Below, piece after piece: positions 9,981 through 20,486 of a stretch of DNA of 64,000 bases (position 1 is the stretch's first letter; the number at the start of each line of letters is the position of its first letter). A program made the position numbers and the translations under genes. The stretch lies in IMG/VR virus record IMGVR_UViG_3300021091_000016. The stretch is one strand, 5' to 3'. Source of the DNA: a virus. The notes under the pieces were generated by a model. That model saw only the letters and a program-made list of their open reading frames with translations, did not search any database and had not been told where the DNA came from.

Positions 9981-11315
9981 TTACATTTGACCCTTGACAT
10001 CACTCTCAGAAATATCACCCATCTCAGCAAGAGCCTTGACAGTGCCATCCCAGTATTGCTCGGATCTCTTAACATTCTTGAATACGCCAACGCCTTGACC
10101 TTCGTGAGAAACAGCAAAGCCATAACGTTCACGAATCTTGACCTTAACAGATTCTGTGTTTTCATCACGCCATTCTACAGTAGTAGGTTCTTCATCAACT
10201 AAATGATAACCAACATTACCACCAGAGAGCAAGAAAATATCTCCAGTTTCTGATTCTGGGTCATAAGGACAAAGAGGAGAAACAATGATTTGGAAGTTGA
10301 ATGGGAAATAGCTTGGAAGATTTGGAGCAGAAGTAGCTTGTTGTGAACGAGCAGTTACTGGAGAAATCTCAGAGCCATTAGCACCTTGACCAGAAGTACC
10401 GATACCACGACCATTGTTAATCTTAGTACCGTTTGTTGGACCCATTGCGCCCATAGTACCATTATTGTAAGGAGTCAAGACACCAGGTGCACCACTATAA
10501 GCATTGAACCAGGATCCTCCACCGTGCATCAACATCATTTGACGCAAGATAGGATCTTGAATGAATGAATAGTAGAATAATGGGTGCATAAGCAATGTAG
10601 TAGCAGAGAAACCTTCTTCAGCCATATGAGCCATACCGCGCATAAGGTTGTCCATAGAAAGTGTACCGTTACCAACGAGAACATTTTGACTAAGTCCACG
10701 ACCAGTAGTAACACCGTAAATAGAATGTGAAGGATTGATATTGTCATACAAAGAAGTACCAAGTTGCTTCAAGAAAGAAACAGCCTTTTGTTCCTTGTGA
10801 CGTACGAGTGCATTACCCATAAGCTCAAGGTTCTTTGCCATGATATCAAATGTAGAATATCTCAAGGCTTCATCAGTAAAGGAAGCAGCAATACCGCTCT
10901 TACCGATATAAGCAGTAGAAACAGCACCACCCATTTGGAAGTTAACTTCTGGGTAAGTACCTAATTCTTGAACATCACCAGCATATACAGCGCCCATAGC
11001 ACCCATCAAAATTTGAGTGTTAAGACCTTGTGCTTGAATACGAGTAAACAAAGGAGTAATAACAGCGTTTGGTTCAACAGGTTCACGAATTAAAATTTCC
11101 ATAGCAGTTTGAAGCAATGGAGTAATTTCGGAAGCCTTAACCATATCTTTATTTTTTGGACTAATTGTTTCAGAGAAAGATTTCCAAGAAACCTTTTGTT
11201 CGGAATCAGCTAATTGACCATTATTACGAATCATGTCTGCTAGATAACGAGAAGCAGCCTTTGGATTGCTAGGTAATGCTAGCTCGGTACCATCTACTAA
11301 TCTTAAAGTTGTCAT
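9981..11315 (-). CDS. Major capsid protein (HK97-fold)
   Basis: 444 aa; KSGIAASFTDEALRYS..D, LLMHP and KIRERYG motifs; strong RBS, followed by a terminator, synteny. Confidence 0.85.
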   Translation of the reverse strand: MTTLRLVDGTELALPSNPKAASRYLADMIRNNGQLADSEQKVSWKSFSETISPKNKDMVKASEITPLLQTAMEILIREPVEPNAVITPLFTRIQAQGLNTQILMGAMGAVYAGDVQELGTYPEVNFQMGGAVSTAYIGKSGIAASFTDEALRYSTFDIMAKNLELMGNALVRHKEQKAVSFLKQLGTSLYDNINPSHSIYGVTTGRGLSQNVLVGNGTLSMDNLMRGMAHMAEEGFSATTLLMHPLFYYSFIQDPILRQMMLMHGGGSWFNAYSGAPGVLTPYNNGTMGAMGPTNGTKINNGRGIGTSGQGANGSEISPVTARSQQATSAPNLPSYFPFNFQIIVSPLCPYDPESETGDIFLLSGGNVGYHLVDEEPTTVEWRDENTESVKVKIRERYGFAVSHEGQGVGVFKNVKRSEQYWDGTVKALAEMGDISESDVKGQM

Positions 11316-11338
11316 ATTTAAATATCTCCTATAATTTA

Positions 11339-12643
11339 TTATTGAATCTTAACATTGATTACAACGATTTGGTCAGCCACAGTCTCTTGAGACAAGGTAA
11401 TCAAATCAGAGAAACCACGAGTAGCACTACCAGGCATCTTGCCAGTTGCACCAAACTCTTCGCCTTGGAACCCAGTACGTACTCTTTCAAGAAGACTCTT
11501 TGGTTCCTTGAATACTGTTAAGAGACGACCGCAAACCATACCCTGACTAAGTGCTTCGAATAATTGACCATTAGGTACAGCAACAAAGTTTGAATTTTCA
11601 TCAAAGGTAACAAAATCACCAGGCTTACCAGCACCTACAAAATGCTGCATACGCTCTTGAGTAGATGAAGCACCATCATATACATAGAATTGAATTTGCT
11701 TACCAGCAAATACTGCAGGAAGAGCAGCACCAGCACCAGCATTAGAATAAACAATCAACATTGCTGAGAATTCATCTACAAACCAATCGCCTTCTTTAGC
11801 AAGAAGATCAATACCACTACGTAAACGTGTACTTGCACCTGCTGCTAGATTAGTCCAGCTAATAGGAGTGCGAGTAGTATTTGCAGCAACATTACCTGGT
11901 TGACCAAGTTGAACTGCAACTAAAGCTTCAACTGGAAGTCCAGCATAACGAGCCATACCTGCAAGAGTTGCACCAGTTATAACATTTGCGTTTTGAATAG
12001 TTTTCTCATCTAAACCATGTACTACTTGAGGAACCTTCATTTGAATATCAGTAAAGAACTGAATCAAATGTTGTTTTTGATAATTAGTAAAGTGAAGGTT
12101 TGCGAGGTCATCACCAGCCCAAACAAATACATCATATGATAATACGCCAACTGGAGAGGAAACACATTCATTTACAGCAGCTTGTAAATCTTCGATTTCT
12201 GCGTTTGCTTGTAAAGCTGCATGGTCAACAGGAATTAAACCATGGTCAGCCAATGCTTGTACAAAATCACCTAAAGTAACATTCTTGCTACCAGCACCAC
12301 CAAGAGCAACAAATTTACCAGTAGTAATATCAATTACGCGAGCATCTTCATCCATTTGATGATAAGAAAGCATTACATGAGAAGCATCTGCTGCTGCTGC
12401 GGCTCTAGCCAAGTAACCAGCAGGAACAATTCTACCATCTGCAAAAAAGGAAACAACCTTACCAGCAGACATTACGAAATAGTCTTTGCTTCTTTGATTC
12501 TGCCATACAACTGGAAGCCATGCAGCAGGCTTCCATTCACCAGCAGGTACGGAAACGTTAGTTTGAACTACGTTATTGGGGGTGATTTGATCCATCAAAT
12601 CATTACGAGTTTTAAATCTACTCTGGAATCTATCAATTGCCAT
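11339..12643 (-). CDS. Capsid-associated structural/decoration protein
   Basis: Between protease and capsid genes; strong RBS. Confidence 0.55.
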   Translation of the reverse strand: MAIDRFQSRFKTRNDLMDQITPNNVVQTNVSVPAGEWKPAAWLPVVWQNQRSKDYFVMSAGKVVSFFADGRIVPAGYLARAAAAADASHVMLSYHQMDEDARVIDITTGKFVALGGAGSKNVTLGDFVQALADHGLIPVDHAALQANAEIEDLQAAVNECVSSPVGVLSYDVFVWAGDDLANLHFTNYQKQHLIQFFTDIQMKVPQVVHGLDEKTIQNANVITGATLAGMARYAGLPVEALVAVQLGQPGNVAANTTRTPISWTNLAAGASTRLRSGIDLLAKEGDWFVDEFSAMLIVYSNAGAGAALPAVFAGKQIQFYVYDGASSTQERMQHFVGAGKPGDFVTFDENSNFVAVPNGQLFEALSQGMVCGRLLTVFKEPKSLLERVRTGFQGEEFGATGKMPGSATRGFSDLITLSQETVADQIVVINVKIQ

Positions 12644-12666
12644 ATCTAACTCCTATTATTTTTTAG

Positions 12667-15210
12667 TTAAACTTTATCAGGATGAAAGCCACGTGGTAAA
12701 TAGCCCGCTTGACTTTGTAAATAATGTTCTGCCGAATTAAAACCATATTCATCTTTAATACGAATGTAGGTATCAACTACCTTTTGTTCAAACGCACCTA
12801 GATTAGTTTTAGTAACACCATTTACTTTATCAGTTAATCCTAAATGTTCAGAAGGATTCTCTATCTTTTTATTAAGCAAGTCAAGGTTATTTATGTCATT
12901 TTTTGATGAAAAATTAATGTCATTATTTACATTAATATTTGTGTCATTTTTGACATTTATTTCTTCATCATTTTTGACATTTTCTTGGGTACTATCTTGT
13001 TGTAAATCTTTAGATGCAAATTTTTCAAGAACTTTAGCAATTTTTTCTTCTAAAGTTTTAATTTTTTCTAAAGCATCTTCGTATTTCTTATTTAATTCTT
13101 GGAATTCCATATCATTCTCTTTATCGCATTTTAATATTTTAGCTTTTCTATTTACGCAAGTTAAAATAGTTTTCTTTACAGCATCACTTGTTTTTGCTTG
13201 ACCAATAAGCTTTCTAGCAGATGTTACATGTGCGCAATCTGGTACAGGAAAAGACCTATCTGCACCACAGAATACATCATCTGGCAAACTATTTCTAGCT
13301 TCAGTAGATAAAGCCTTGTCACCCATAATTGCAGTTAAAGCTAAATCAAATGTAAACCAATCAATTTCTAAATCATCATTGAATGATTCATCATGAGCTT
13401 GTTGTTCTTCTTGAGTTGGTTCATTTACTTGTTCTAGCAAATCATTATCTAATTCATTATTTTCATTCGACATATTGAAGTCCTTCTGTGGTTTTGATTT
13501 ATTATTTGATTTTTTAGGATGCCCGGCTGGAAGCAAATCATTATCGGTAGTGTACTTGGGGTTAGAAGGGCTGCCACTACTTACTAATTTCAAGAATGCA
13601 TTAACTCTTGCAATACCCCATCCTGAACGCGACATACCAGGCCTATGAGTGTTAGAGAAAGCACCAGTACCTCTACGATAAACTGCCTTTAACATTCCTA
13701 AGGTTACTTTCTTACCTTCCTTATCTCCATGCTTTTCATTGTGCGCAGAGACTTTAGCCTTCAAGGATTCAAGTGCAGAGCCTACTTCTATTGATTTACT
13801 AGAATTAGAAGCAGAACCCTCCTTATTAACTTTAGATCCTTTAATTCTTTCAGATGGTTTAGCCGGAGTTTTTGCACCTTTACCTTCTGGAGAAGAACGC
13901 TCTGCATCATCTGCTTCTAGCTCATCATTGTTAGCTTCAGAGATTTTAATAGCCCAGTCGACACCAGATGTACCACCCCAACCTAACCATGCTACGTATC
14001 CTCGATCCTTCCATGGTTCAGATTTGAATTTAGGATCTACTTCTGCATTTTTTCTATGGCGATTAAACATAGCCATGCGCTTAACAGTAGATAAACCAAT
14101 TTCTGATTTAGTAGCTAATTGCCTTGCACGTGCCCAACCAACAGCTGTCATACCTTTGACATCAGAGCCATGCTTTTCCTTCCAATCAAGAACTTTTTGA
14201 GCATTACCTTTAGCACCAGCAGGAACCTTAAAGGTTTTTTCATCTGTAAGTTGAGAATTGAAATCTAATACTTTTTCGGCTTCTTTGTTGTCTTCTTGGG
14301 TTTTATTGGTTGTTTCTTGGGTGTTGTACTCATCGGAAGATCCTCTCTCGTTTTGAATGTCATTTTCGTTATCCATTTCAAAATCAGTTAAAATGATTTC
14401 AATTGCATTGCTATCTTTTATTTGTTTATCATTTGTTGGTAATTCAGAGTCTGTCATTCTCTCAATAGATACTACCTGAGAAAAATTATCAGCTGGAGTA
14501 TTTACTACTGAGCCTTCATGTACATTAAAATCACCACAAATAAATACACACATTTCTCCGTCATATTCTTTACCATGTTCATGCTCGCAAGGACCATTTA
14601 AAGCCCAATCCTCATTACAAATAGAACAAACATGTCTGTTAGTAGAGGTGCCTGCACTAAAGGTTAAATACCTACCATCAAGGAATTTTTTAATTGCATC
14701 CTCATCTGTGATATTAGCTTTTACACGCATTCTACCAACACCAGGCCATTCACTATTCTTTAATAAGGAATACTTACTTAAAGATTTATAAATATGCTCT
14801 GGTTCGTCTGAATCAAATGCATGTCTTAATTGATTATATGCGCCTAAATCATTTCTTAAATGACCCATAATATACTCAGATAAATCTTGATATTCGCCAC
14901 CAATAAATCTACCAATTGGATCTGATTGCTGGTCGTGATTTCTGAGAATTGGCTTGTTAAAAGGATTTGTTAAAGACTCTACGCCTTTACGTTGTCCTCT
15001 TGCAGAATAAATTCTGTTGTTAATCTTTCTACCTGAATGACTTAAATCATATGTAATTACTAACCCTTTTCCTTTAGTATAGGAATTAGTAATTAAATTA
15101 TCAGTAAGCTTAATCTTTTCCTCTTTATTCAAAGACAAGATTTTGTTATCAGGATTGATAGCAACATAATCATTAAATTTAATAATGTTAGTCATGTGCA
15201 CTCCTATCAA
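12667..15210 (-). CDS. Prohead protease / scaffold with inserted small domains
   Basis: N.RIY, KPILRNHD, PIGR, YLTFSAG, CSIC...CEH and EGSVVNTPAD protease-type motifs; C-terminal coiled coil. Confidence 0.8.
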   Translation of the reverse strand: MIGVHMTNIIKFNDYVAINPDNKILSLNKEEKIKLTDNLITNSYTKGKGLVITYDLSHSGRKINNRIYSARGQRKGVESLTNPFNKPILRNHDQQSDPIGRFIGGEYQDLSEYIMGHLRNDLGAYNQLRHAFDSDEPEHIYKSLSKYSLLKNSEWPGVGRMRVKANITDEDAIKKFLDGRYLTFSAGTSTNRHVCSICNEDWALNGPCEHEHGKEYDGEMCVFICGDFNVHEGSVVNTPADNFSQVVSIERMTDSELPTNDKQIKDSNAIEIILTDFEMDNENDIQNERGSSDEYNTQETTNKTQEDNKEAEKVLDFNSQLTDEKTFKVPAGAKGNAQKVLDWKEKHGSDVKGMTAVGWARARQLATKSEIGLSTVKRMAMFNRHRKNAEVDPKFKSEPWKDRGYVAWLGWGGTSGVDWAIKISEANNDELEADDAERSSPEGKGAKTPAKPSERIKGSKVNKEGSASNSSKSIEVGSALESLKAKVSAHNEKHGDKEGKKVTLGMLKAVYRRGTGAFSNTHRPGMSRSGWGIARVNAFLKLVSSGSPSNPKYTTDNDLLPAGHPKKSNNKSKPQKDFNMSNENNELDNDLLEQVNEPTQEEQQAHDESFNDDLEIDWFTFDLALTAIMGDKALSTEARNSLPDDVFCGADRSFPVPDCAHVTSARKLIGQAKTSDAVKKTILTCVNRKAKILKCDKENDMEFQELNKKYEDALEKIKTLEEKIAKVLEKFASKDLQQDSTQENVKNDEEINVKNDTNINVNNDINFSSKNDINNLDLLNKKIENPSEHLGLTDKVNGVTKTNLGAFEQKVVDTYIRIKDEYGFNSAEHYLQSQAGYLPRGFHPDKV
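12894..12979. repeat. Array of four TGTCA-N4-TGACA palindromes, 24-bp period
   Basis: TGTCA at 12894, 12918, 12942; TGACA at 12951, 12975. Confidence 0.85.
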
Positions 15211-16958
15211 TCTTTATTATTAATTGATTCAATAAAGTTATCTAAAACTGAGTCTATATCATCTGTAGATAATATCTTATCTATAGTGTCAAAAATCAAG
15301 TAATTCAAATTTTTCTGATTATTTTCGTCCAAGCCCTTGACACTACTTTTTTCGTTACTACTATTATCTTTAGTTAGTTTAGGTGCTGAGCGAACCCCTT
15401 GCTGGTTCGCTGGTCTAGCCTGATTAGCTGACTGGCGACTAGGTGCATTACTAATTACATTGCTATTAGTCTTCTTATTGTTATTTGTATTATTAGTTTT
15501 AGATTCTTTACTTAATTGAGATTCAGTAATATTACTTGTTGGTGCTGCAGCTAATGCTTGCGCAGCTGCACTAACTGGACTACCCATTATCTTTAATAAT
15601 GCTGCAGGTTCCTCGTAAAGCTTATAATAGTTCTTATCTCTATCTAACTCCTCAATTGGTTTTTCACCTAAACGTTTACGAGCTTCATCCTCGGTAATTA
15701 ATTTATTTAACCAAAGCTGAATTGTTTGATTCTCGAGCTTAGACTTTTCTTCCTTATCAACAGTACCAAACTTAATTTCTACACGTTTTTCAGGATCCAT
15801 AACAACATCTGAAAAACCACCTTCTATTAATAGCTCGTTAATAACATAGGTATCTATAAACATTTTAATATTAGCCTGCAATGCTTCTACATCTTGAATT
15901 GCAGATTTAGATAATGTAGATGCAGTACTGCTATTTGCAGAATCTCCTTCACCCATATCCATAGGTGTAACTCCCAACCCTGCAAATACTCTTTTCTTAA
16001 AATAATCTAAATATTCAATTGCATTTAAAGCTTTACCCTCTGCACCAAGCACCTCTATTTTGTGTCTATGGTCAGACACAAAAATACCACCACTAGGCAT
16101 ATACTCAATAGTAGACCTTACTATATCTGTTTCCTTAGTGCCATCAGGTCCATAACGTTCAGGATGCTGGTCTGTACCTACAGTGTAATGGAATAAAGGA
16201 TTCAAATTTGCATCTACCATAGATTCTACATTTTCCTCTAGACGACGCAATAAAGCAACATCCTCTAATACAGCTAAAATCTCAGGAGTACCCATTGTAA
16301 ACCCAGGTTTTTTATTAGTATAAAAATGTATTACATCCTCTGGAGCAAATTCCTTTGACTTACCTGTGTTATGCATTATTTGCATAACCTTCTTAATTTC
16401 ACCATTAGGTTTAACCTTAAACCATAAGGTTTCAAATGGTAATAAAAAATAACCCGCAACAGGATCTAATTCTTTATTAAGATGTGGTCTGATTACGCCA
16501 CTAGATGCCTCTGAATCTCTAACCTTGACCCACATGCAATTAGAATATCTAGCTAAATCATGCGCAGTATTAATAATCATCATATCAAATGGCATACCAG
16601 AAACTATTTCAATTTCTCTTAAACGTTTTTTAATATAAGCTACTGCTTCTCTATCCTTACCTACAAATTCCCAGCCGGCTAATATGATTTTATGAACCTT
16701 CTTTTGAATTGCTTTAAATATATACGCATCTGTATCCTGAGCAATTTGTAATTCAGTTAAATCATATTCAGGTTTAAACCAATTACCTCTGTGTCTATCC
16801 GAATAGGAATAGCTTTTGTTATCTAAGCGTTTAATTCTTACACCTGGTATAGATTCAATAAATAATGGTTTATTCTGGTCTTGGAGCTCTTGAGACGAGC
16901 GTTGTAGTTCCATGGTTTTTAAAGCCTTAGAAATTAAATTGTATTTACTCATTATCAA
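15207..16958 (-). CDS. Portal protein
   Basis: EDVIHF, GTP, FAGLGVTP and LITEDEARKRLG portal motifs; synteny. Confidence 0.85.
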   Translation of the reverse strand: MIMSKYNLISKALKTMELQRSSQELQDQNKPLFIESIPGVRIKRLDNKSYSYSDRHRGNWFKPEYDLTELQIAQDTDAYIFKAIQKKVHKIILAGWEFVGKDREAVAYIKKRLREIEIVSGMPFDMMIINTAHDLARYSNCMWVKVRDSEASSGVIRPHLNKELDPVAGYFLLPFETLWFKVKPNGEIKKVMQIMHNTGKSKEFAPEDVIHFYTNKKPGFTMGTPEILAVLEDVALLRRLEENVESMVDANLNPLFHYTVGTDQHPERYGPDGTKETDIVRSTIEYMPSGGIFVSDHRHKIEVLGAEGKALNAIEYLDYFKKRVFAGLGVTPMDMGEGDSANSSTASTLSKSAIQDVEALQANIKMFIDTYVINELLIEGGFSDVVMDPEKRVEIKFGTVDKEEKSKLENQTIQLWLNKLITEDEARKRLGEKPIEELDRDKNYYKLYEEPAALLKIMGSPVSAAAQALAAAPTSNITESQLSKESKTNNTNNNKKTNSNVISNAPSRQSANQARPANQQGVRSAPKLTKDNSSNEKSSVKGLDENNQKNLNYLIFDTIDKILSTDDIDSVLDNFIESINNKD

Positions 16959-17148
16959 AGCTCCCTAACAAATCTATATTTGTATTAACGTTACTCAAAA
17001 GTTCTAGTTTAATTTTTAAAAATTTCTCATTATTGTCTAATATTAATTTGATTAGAGCAAACTTTAGCTTTTGTTCATCATCAAGCTTGGTATCATCCTC
17101 TAGTTTATTCCAAAAATCCTGAAACTTAAAATTGTCTAAACTGCCCAT
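16945..17148 (-). CDS. Hypothetical protein
   Basis: Tightly packed ORF in operon. Confidence 0.5.
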   Translation of the reverse strand: MGSLDNFKFQDFWNKLEDDTKLDDEQKLKFALIKLILDNNEKFLKIKLELLSNVNTNIDLLGSFDNE

Positions 17149-17151
17149 TTG

Positions 17152-19311
17152 TTATCCCTTTGTAAAATAATTTTTTGTTAAATCAGAGTATATACCATCT
17201 AATATAGCATCAGACAAATTTAAACTCGATATAGAATTGCACTCTTCAGGGTCTATATGCATTTTTTTACCAGTTTTTGTATCAGTTATAGTTAAATATT
17301 CCTTAAATGCTCCAGTAGGATTATTTAAACTTGGATTTAATGGATTCTGAACAATAGTATCATAGTTACTATTGTAGACATCCTTTATTATATTGTTTAC
17401 TAATGCTGGATTTTGTTTGAATTTCTTACAATCAGTGAGTCCATTCTTTATTAAATTCCAAATCAATCTAACAAATCTTATTAAATGCATAAGCTCTAAT
17501 ATAGAACCGGTTATTTGAATATCGGTATCTAGTGTTTCAGATACAAAAACAGTTAAAGCCTTTACTGAATTTATTACGCCGGCAATAAAATCATTTACAT
17601 ATTTTTTTGCTTTTTTAAGCTCTGCAATTACCTGCTCTAAGAATTGATTAATTGGATTTTGAGTAGTATAGTCCCTTAGCATTGTAGAACGAAATTCAGT
17701 AATAGAATCATTTGGGATATATTCTACTTTATTCTCTACACCATAGGTAGCTAAAAATGGGTCTGTAGATTCCTTTATCTTTTTATTTAAATTATTAATT
17801 GTTTCTATTTTACTTACTCCAACTGCTCTCTTTACTGGAGTAGAGGTTAGCTTTGCAAAGCTTTCTCTTCTTTTCGCTTGTTCCTTTAAAGCTGAGTCCC
17901 CGTCTTTTAAACGTTGAAAGTTTTCAATAAATTTATTTAAATTTGGAGAATTAGGATCATTAGATTCAAACAAAATATCAGTACGAAAAAAGCTGTCTGG
18001 GCTAACAAAATAACAGTATTCATCAAAATTATTTCCAGCAGGATTTAAAGTTTCGACAGGTATTACACCTTTAGATACTAACTCTAATAATTCAATTAAT
18101 AAAAGATAAGCTTTATTTTCATAAGTCATAGCTCGATCAGCTTTAATTGAATTAATTTTATTTATAGCAGATTTTACATCACTTAAATCCTTGTCAGCTT
18201 CTTTTGGCTTTAAATTATCTAATAGGCTGTCAGATGTAGGTATAAATGTATTCTTTAGATTTTTTGGAGTGTTCACTACAGCATCTGCTGCTGATATCAT
18301 TTGATTTACTAGCTTATCTCCTAATGATAAATAATTCTTTATAAGATAATTAACGCCAGTAAAAGCGTTAATTAAACAATTTAATATTGGATTCACAATT
18401 TTAGGAACATTCTCAAGTGCAGATGTTAATGCACTTAAAACTGTTTTGATTAAAGGTAAAAACAAACCACTTAAATTCAAACGAATATTTAATAAATCAA
18501 AGCTATATTTCACAAATAAAGAGGGTAACATTAAAGCTAATGGAGGTAAATTCTTTGGGCATAAACCATTATTTTTAATCGCTTCAAGCAATGCACAAAT
18601 ACCTAGCATCGGTCCTTTTGGGTCTAATGCTGCATTCATCTTAGAAAGAAAATTTTTAATCTTACCTAGTATTTTAGAAAAATCAAAGGCCCACTCTAAT
18701 GAAGGTAAATGTAGTTCAAGCTTAAAATCAATAAAACAATCTAAACATTTTTCTAATCCAAAATTAGTTTTCCATCCAAATATATTTACTTTATCTGGTA
18801 TGCCATCTCCATTTGAATCAAAGCTAGCTAAATTATCATCTAAATATTTTGATATATTTTTATTTTTTATGAAATCTAAATTATATTTAAAATCATTGGT
18901 TGCTTTATATTTGAAGTTAAGCTTTGGAGTCTTTTTGGGAGTGTAGCTATACATATCATTGAAGTCTACCTCCACTTGAGATTCAAACTTATTAGCAATT
19001 AAACTAGAATCATTTGTAATTTGCTTTCCATCAATTGTGCACTCCTGAAAGAATAAGCTTTTTTTCTTTTTATCTACTGGCTCGTAAACCTTTGTATTTT
19101 CTTTTTCCTCTTTTATAAGCTTAGCTATTTCCGCAACTGATAAACCAAAACCTAATTCACCTGTTTCTACCGCAGCTTCCATAGTAATCAATTGATTCAT
19201 CATTAATATTTTAGGAGTTGTTTCTGTTTGAACTTTATTCAAGCTTAAAATTAATCCACGCTCATAAGCATTAATAAGCTCCATGACCGCAAGGTAGAAT
19301 CTTTCATCCAT
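17152..19311 (-). CDS. Hypothetical virion-region protein with amphipathic helices
   Basis: 719-aa ORF in operon. Confidence 0.6.
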   Translation of the reverse strand: MDERFYLAVMELINAYERGLILSLNKVQTETTPKILMMNQLITMEAAVETGELGFGLSVAEIAKLIKEEKENTKVYEPVDKKKKSLFFQECTIDGKQITNDSSLIANKFESQVEVDFNDMYSYTPKKTPKLNFKYKATNDFKYNLDFIKNKNISKYLDDNLASFDSNGDGIPDKVNIFGWKTNFGLEKCLDCFIDFKLELHLPSLEWAFDFSKILGKIKNFLSKMNAALDPKGPMLGICALLEAIKNNGLCPKNLPPLALMLPSLFVKYSFDLLNIRLNLSGLFLPLIKTVLSALTSALENVPKIVNPILNCLINAFTGVNYLIKNYLSLGDKLVNQMISAADAVVNTPKNLKNTFIPTSDSLLDNLKPKEADKDLSDVKSAINKINSIKADRAMTYENKAYLLLIELLELVSKGVIPVETLNPAGNNFDEYCYFVSPDSFFRTDILFESNDPNSPNLNKFIENFQRLKDGDSALKEQAKRRESFAKLTSTPVKRAVGVSKIETINNLNKKIKESTDPFLATYGVENKVEYIPNDSITEFRSTMLRDYTTQNPINQFLEQVIAELKKAKKYVNDFIAGVINSVKALTVFVSETLDTDIQITGSILELMHLIRFVRLIWNLIKNGLTDCKKFKQNPALVNNIIKDVYNSNYDTIVQNPLNPSLNNPTGAFKEYLTITDTKTGKKMHIDPEECNSISSLNLSDAILDGIYSDLTKNYFTKG

Positions 19312-19595
19312 TATTTTATATCCTTATATTTTTTCCTATTACTAGATGATTTCTTTAAATTAGCTTCATACTCATTAGCTAATTTAATTGCATTCTGTTC
19401 ATTGTCTAAAACTGAGGAAGCATTAGTTACACTTAATAATGATAGCATTTCCAGCATCATATCCTTTAAATCTTCCTTAGTTACAAAATCGCGAGCAATC
19501 TTTTTGAATAGCTTCTCGTATTGTTCCTCTAGGATATTATCCTCTTTAGCAGATTCTAAGGTTTCGCCCTTGGATAGCTTATTCAAAAATGTCAT
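19311..19595 (-). CDS. Hypothetical protein
   Basis: Overlapping start/stop in operon; RBS. Confidence 0.6.
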   Translation of the reverse strand: MTFLNKLSKGETLESAKEDNILEEQYEKLFKKIARDFVTKEDLKDMMLEMLSLLSVTNASSVLDNEQNAIKLANEYEANLKKSSSNRKKYKDIK

Positions 19596-20079
19596 TTTCT
19601 TCCTCTAGTAATAAATTTATCTGTTCATTTATTTCTATCTGCTTTTTTAATTCAAGTAAAACTATATAATCCTCATAGGTTATTTTTGTTTTTGAAGTAT
19701 TAAATACCTCAATTGCTGCTCTTTTAAGTGATTCATTCTTAGAGATATCTAATGAATATTTGTCATTTTGAGATAAAATGTCATCATGCATTGCGGCTTT
19801 AAAATCAAATATCTCTTTACGTATCAATGGAGAATCTTGCTTTAAAGCATCTATAAAAAATAAAGCTTTTTTAGAATCAATATCTGTTAAAGGAATCTCG
19901 GGATTCTCTCTAGACTTTCTTAAGATTTGTTCTATTTCTGGCAACGTAGTAGATTCTACTTGCTCTTGAACTTCCTCAAGCTTGGCTTTTTGATAAGAAT
20001 TTTCTGCAAAATTCTTAAACAATTTACCATAATCTAAATTTAATTTATTATTATATATGTCTTTAAATATATCAGACAT
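19579..20079 (-). CDS. Hypothetical protein
   Basis: Operon packing. Confidence 0.6.
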   Translation of the reverse strand: MSDIFKDIYNNKLNLDYGKLFKNFAENSYQKAKLEEVQEQVESTTLPEIEQILRKSRENPEIPLTDIDSKKALFFIDALKQDSPLIRKEIFDFKAAMHDDILSQNDKYSLDISKNESLKRAAIEVFNTSKTKITYEDYIVLLELKKQIEINEQINLLLEEENDIFE

Positions 20080-20486
20080 TATACACTCTCTTCATAACTC
20101 AAGGTTAAACCTAAATCAATCTTTATAGTAGCTAGAGTTTGACCAGGACAATAAACTCTTAACCATACCGATTTATAATCTTGATTTGAAATATTAGGTA
20201 TTACACATTTTTCATTTATAGGAATTTCATTCCATTGCTTTTCTGATGGCTGTGCAGATGTATATGCAAGCTTAATAGACCAACCACTTGGAGATAAAAT
20301 CATGTCGCCTATTAAATCCGGAATTACAGGCTTTAATTCTATATTAGAATGAGTGTTTGTATTATCAGCCTTTACCAATAATTGAAGCTGATAATCACCA
20401 CCAGTATAGCCATTATGATTCGTTACAATATAATCAGTAAGATTATTAATTTCTATTTGTGATGCATCATATAATTTTAATGTCAT
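20079..20486 (-). CDS. Hypothetical beta-rich structural protein
   Basis: Operon packing; SVWLRV motif. Confidence 0.55.
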   Translation of the reverse strand: MTLKLYDASQIEINNLTDYIVTNHNGYTGGDYQLQLLVKADNTNTHSNIELKPVIPDLIGDMILSPSGWSIKLAYTSAQPSEKQWNEIPINEKCVIPNISNQDYKSVWLRVYCPGQTLATIKIDLGLTLSYEESV

